From NCBI GenBank assembly GCA_043228905.1, contig JBHGNT010001170.1, forward strand, positions 1 through 11,293: a stretch of 11,293 nucleotides of DNA. The letters are read 5' to 3'. Shown here one piece after another: positions 9,937 to 11,293 of the stretch. The DNA is from Azolla caroliniana (taxonomy: Eukaryota > Plantae > Polypodiophyta). Both the position numbers and the translations under genes were made by a program. Every line of letters begins with the position of its first letter. The stretch's first letter is position 1. The notes beneath the pieces were generated by a model. The model had not been told where the DNA came from and did no database searches. It was given only the letters and a program-made list of their open reading frames with translations.

Positions 9937-10610
9937 TGATAGTTGGGACGCTACTCACTAGCTGGTCTCAAGTACAACTATCACCGTGTTCAAAAAATAT
10001 ATGTATACGTAACTATTGTAGCCCCCCAAAAACAAGAACTATCTGTGTTCACCTAAGAACAACACCACACTCGTATTTCAGCCAAAATTAAATGGAATCC
10101 GACGAAAACATAACTTCCAATTTCACAATCTCCCCTGAAGTGAGCAAGCATTTAACATGCAAATCCTATCTCTTGTAAACTAGAAACACTCCTCTCTTTT
10201 GAAAATCAAAGACTAGTAAGTACGTATTTACTTTCTCTAGGTTGAGAGAGGGAAAACACCTCTTGAATGGTGTCACGTTTGTTGTCGACATGATCCTTTG
10301 GGTCTACTCAGGTTCTGCTGGTGGTGCCCACATATCGCACTCCCAGCCCTAAAGGTGGCTCACACCACACGGTTCCTCCACTACAAGAAGAAGAAGTAGA
10401 AGAAAAAGCTATGGTTGCAAAAGGAGAAAAAAGATAGAAGAAAAAGAAAAGGACGACGAAGATAGAAGAAAAAGAAGAAAAAAATAGAAAGTAAACTGAG
10501 AATGAGGAGACAAACACTTACTATTCTCAATAGAACACCACCACACACCCTTACATCCCAAAAAAGGGCATATATATATGCGTGGCTTGGTTGGCCTACC
10601 CCATTTCACA
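9937..10610 (-). repeat. Putative, strongly diverged 5' LTR-like region
   Basis: Minus strand begins TGTGAAATGG at 10610, has a TATATATA box at 10571-10578 and a CT-rich tract, and ends CCCAACTATCA at 9937 just upstream of gag. It shares ordered short motifs with 4779-5818. Confidence 0.45.
10385..10495. repeat. Purine-rich low-complexity tract with TAGAAGAAAAAG x3
   Basis: Copies at 10397-10408, 10435-10446 and 10463-10474, plus an exact 18-bp duplication (10431-10448 and 10459-10476). Confidence 0.85.
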
Positions 10611-10924
10611 CCGGGCCGACCAATAACACTGGCACGCCTATGGGATAGTGCAAAAATGCACGACCGAACCTACAAACGCTTGATATGCGGTGATTTAGCA
10701 AAACGTAAAACAATTCATGAAATAAAGAACTGTCCAAAGTTGCAATAGTCATCATCCACCACAGGATCTCCATCATCGACCATCACAACTTTTTGGTGGT
10801 GGTGGCGGCAATGGCTACGGAAACGGCGGCGGCGGCAATGACACCAACAACACGATGGATTAAAGCTAAAGACGGGCGGCGGTGTTCTCGACTCGGCGCA
10901 TATAATCGACTATAGAGGCGTCGA

Positions 10925-11293
10925 CCTCCCCCATTCTCACCTTCCCCCCTTGCTCTCCAGCCCTCCTCTGTATACTGAGCCCCTCAAAGCCTCTCATCCC
11001 TCCTCCTTTGCCCCTCAATTTTCTTTCCCTCCTCCTACAATAGGGCAGCATAACCCATCCCCCTTTCCTTATTCATGGCCACTACACCCACACCCCTTTC
11101 ACTCTCAAAACCCTCCCATATTTTCTGCAAATTCCTTGTATACCCCTCCGTTACTTTCTAATATTCCCTAACCTAACCCCCTTCCCCCTTTTTGTAATGA
11201 TCCCCATCCATATTTTCCCCCCAACACTTTGTATAATTCTGGTCTTACCCCTCCCGCTATTTCTAACACAACCCCCTCCCCCCCTAATATCTT
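10925..11293 (+). other. C-rich low-complexity region with an interrupted Pro-rich reading frame (unidentified)
   Basis: Strong C-over-G skew. One frame is open from 10842 to the window end except for a single TAA at 11169-11171. No recognisable domain. Confidence 0.35.

Larger units (their letters stand above)
4779..10610 (-). mobile_element. Decayed Ty1/copia LTR retrotransposon (Tnt1/Tork-like); outer boundaries approximate
   Basis: Minus-strand ORF fragments give gag, PR, INT, RT and RNase H in copia order (INT before RT). A PPT and a TG-starting LTR lie downstream, and an LTR-like region lies upstream. The superfamily call is secure. The lineage and exact ends are inferred, and no TSD was found. 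Confidence 0.9.

Noticed and set aside
6183-9969. Type IIS restriction sites (CGTCTC at 6183, GGTCTC at 9964) as a sign of engineering
   Set aside because: Six-base sites occur at chance frequency, and there is no vector or synthetic context.
10149-10155. CA+TTTAA matching TTTAA+TG at 5151-5157 as a possible TSD pair
   Set aside because: The sequence inside 10150 does not resemble the LTR start at 5818, and a 5-bp AT-rich match is likely chance.
10308-10609. Phe/Ser-rich minus-strand ORFs resembling membrane peptides
   Set aside because: Translation of the CT-rich low-complexity tract in the LTR-like region.

Overview
AT-rich eukaryotic (plant-type) non-genic DNA dominated by one decayed Ty1/copia LTR retrotransposon on the minus strand (~4779-10610). 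Its gag-pol pseudogene (~5937-9922) has the copia order gag, protease, integrase, RT, RNase H, with Tnt1/Tork-like motifs, and is broken by many stops, frameshifts and small deletions. A polypurine tract and a TG-starting 3' LTR follow it. The two flanking LTR-like regions share about 13 short colinear motifs but are not near-identical. There is no canonical tRNA-iMet PBS and no target-site duplication, which suggests a chimeric, nested or very unevenly decayed element. Left of the element (1-4700) is AT-rich DNA with a cluster of inverted repeats (3390-4075), (GA)n microsatellites and a possible, unrecognised decayed coding remnant. The right end has a CpG-rich Gly-codon patch followed by a C-rich, Pro-coding stretch that runs off the window. 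I found no intact host gene, RNA gene or CRISPR array, and no convincing new biological system. All alignments were done by eye.
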